From: Eledone cirrhosa
Taxonomy: Eukaryota
Assembly (NCBI GenBank): GCA_964016885.1
Contig: OZ024740.1
Location: forward strand, 428,358,001-428,422,000
Direction: 5' to 3'
DNA: 64,000 bases
Shown one piece after another: positions 63,801 to 64,000 of this stretch (the stretch's first letter is position 1; each line of letters starts with the position of its first letter). The position numbers and the translations under genes are program-made. The notes beneath the pieces were generated by a model. It searched no databases. It was not told the DNA's origin and saw nothing but the letters and a program-made list of their open reading frames with translations.

Positions 63801-64000
63801 TCTGTCTCTTAGTCTTCTCTGTCTCTCTTGGTCTCCACTCACTCTCTTGGTCTTCTCTCACTCTCTCTTGGTCTTCTCTCTCTATCTTGGTCTTCTCTCT
63901 CTCTCTTCGTCTTCTCTCACTCTCTTGGTCTTCTCTCTCTCTCTTGGTCTTCTCTCACTCTCATGGTCTTCTCTCTCTCTTTTGGTCTTCACTCACTCTC

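Larger units (their letters stand above)
1..64000 (+). repeat. CT-rich tandem satellite array, monomer TTGGTCTT(CT)nC, modal 19 bp
   Basis: The core TTGGTCTT, or a 1-2 nt variant (TTGGACTT, TTGTTCTT, TTGGTTTT, TTGGTATT, TTGGTCTG, TTAGTCTT, TTCGTCTT, TTGAATCTT), recurs about every 19 bp from the first line to the last. Cores are separated by a CT tract that often carries A at monomer position 10 and/or 14. There is no inversion and no non-repeat insert. Confidence 0.99.
46800..64000 (+). repeat. Long-range direct repeat: ~46800-51330 matches ~60300-64000 (offset 13553-13751, then 12676)
   Basis: TTATCGCACGCTC occurs at 47731 and 61286, and GAGCTGCTCTCTTACTC at 48311 and 62062. ORF pairs are 47171/60724, 48263/62014 and 49667/63399. 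The second copy runs to the end of the window. Confidence 0.9.

Noticed and set aside
2-63812. Very long + strand ORFs (up to 2169 aa, e.g. 6044..12553, 2611..7956) rich in Leu/Ser/Phe/Trp
   Set aside because: All three frames are open at once and give the same cyclic LSLSWSS/LLVFS/LGLL text, because 19 is not a multiple of 3. Stop codons are rare simply because the strand lacks purines. Starts are mostly TTG from the repeat core, and 2-bp length changes shift frame freely.
1-64000. CRISPR-like repeat-spacer array or cassette archive
   Set aside because: The constant core is only 8 bp and the intervening segments are low-complexity CT tracts, not unique spacers. There is no leader, cas gene or recombinase. 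Variant patterns are explained by block duplication.
1-64000. Telomerase-synthesised telomeric repeat
   Set aside because: There is no TnGn-type G-rich unit, and variants are inherited in kb-scale duplicated blocks rather than re-templated. A subtelomeric location cannot be excluded, but nothing here supports it.
1-64000. Functional centromere assignment
   Set aside because: This cannot be inferred from sequence alone. There is no nucleosome-length monomer or recognisable CENP-B box, and CENP-A data would be needed.
1-64000. Whole window being a synthetic or base-calling artefact
   Set aside because: Rare variants recur collinearly over offsets up to 13.7 kb with nested, orderable differences, which is what a real evolving array looks like. 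Only individual segments (9.2-10.15 kb and the exact duplications) remain suspect.

Overview
All 64 kb is one uninterrupted, single-orientation tandem satellite array that runs off both ends of the window. The monomer is TTGGTCTT(CT)nC, modally 19 bp (e.g. TTGGTCTTCTCTCTCTCTC, TTGGTCTTCTCTCACTCTC). Its length varies mostly in 2-bp steps from about 13 to over 30 bp, giving roughly 3,300 copies (my estimate: 64000/~19). The + strand is about 85% pyrimidine (estimated from the monomer), and the - strand reads (GA)n-GAAGACCAA. I found no unique sequence, gene, RNA gene, transposon or CRISPR array, and all listed ORFs are translation artefacts of the repeat. The real information lies in rare variant monomers used as markers. 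They reveal nested duplications (offsets 59, 268, ~845, 1056, 1625, ~1697, ~1903/2325, 2052, ~2620, 3300, ~4100-4540, 6142 and ~13,550-13,750 bp), spatially ordered subfamilies, and a ~1 kb stretch that looks like sequencing error. The array is most likely eukaryotic heterochromatic satellite DNA. I cannot assign an organism or a named family, and I see no support for a novel gene-encoded system. Coordinates were counted by eye, and duplication boundaries are approximate unless stated otherwise.
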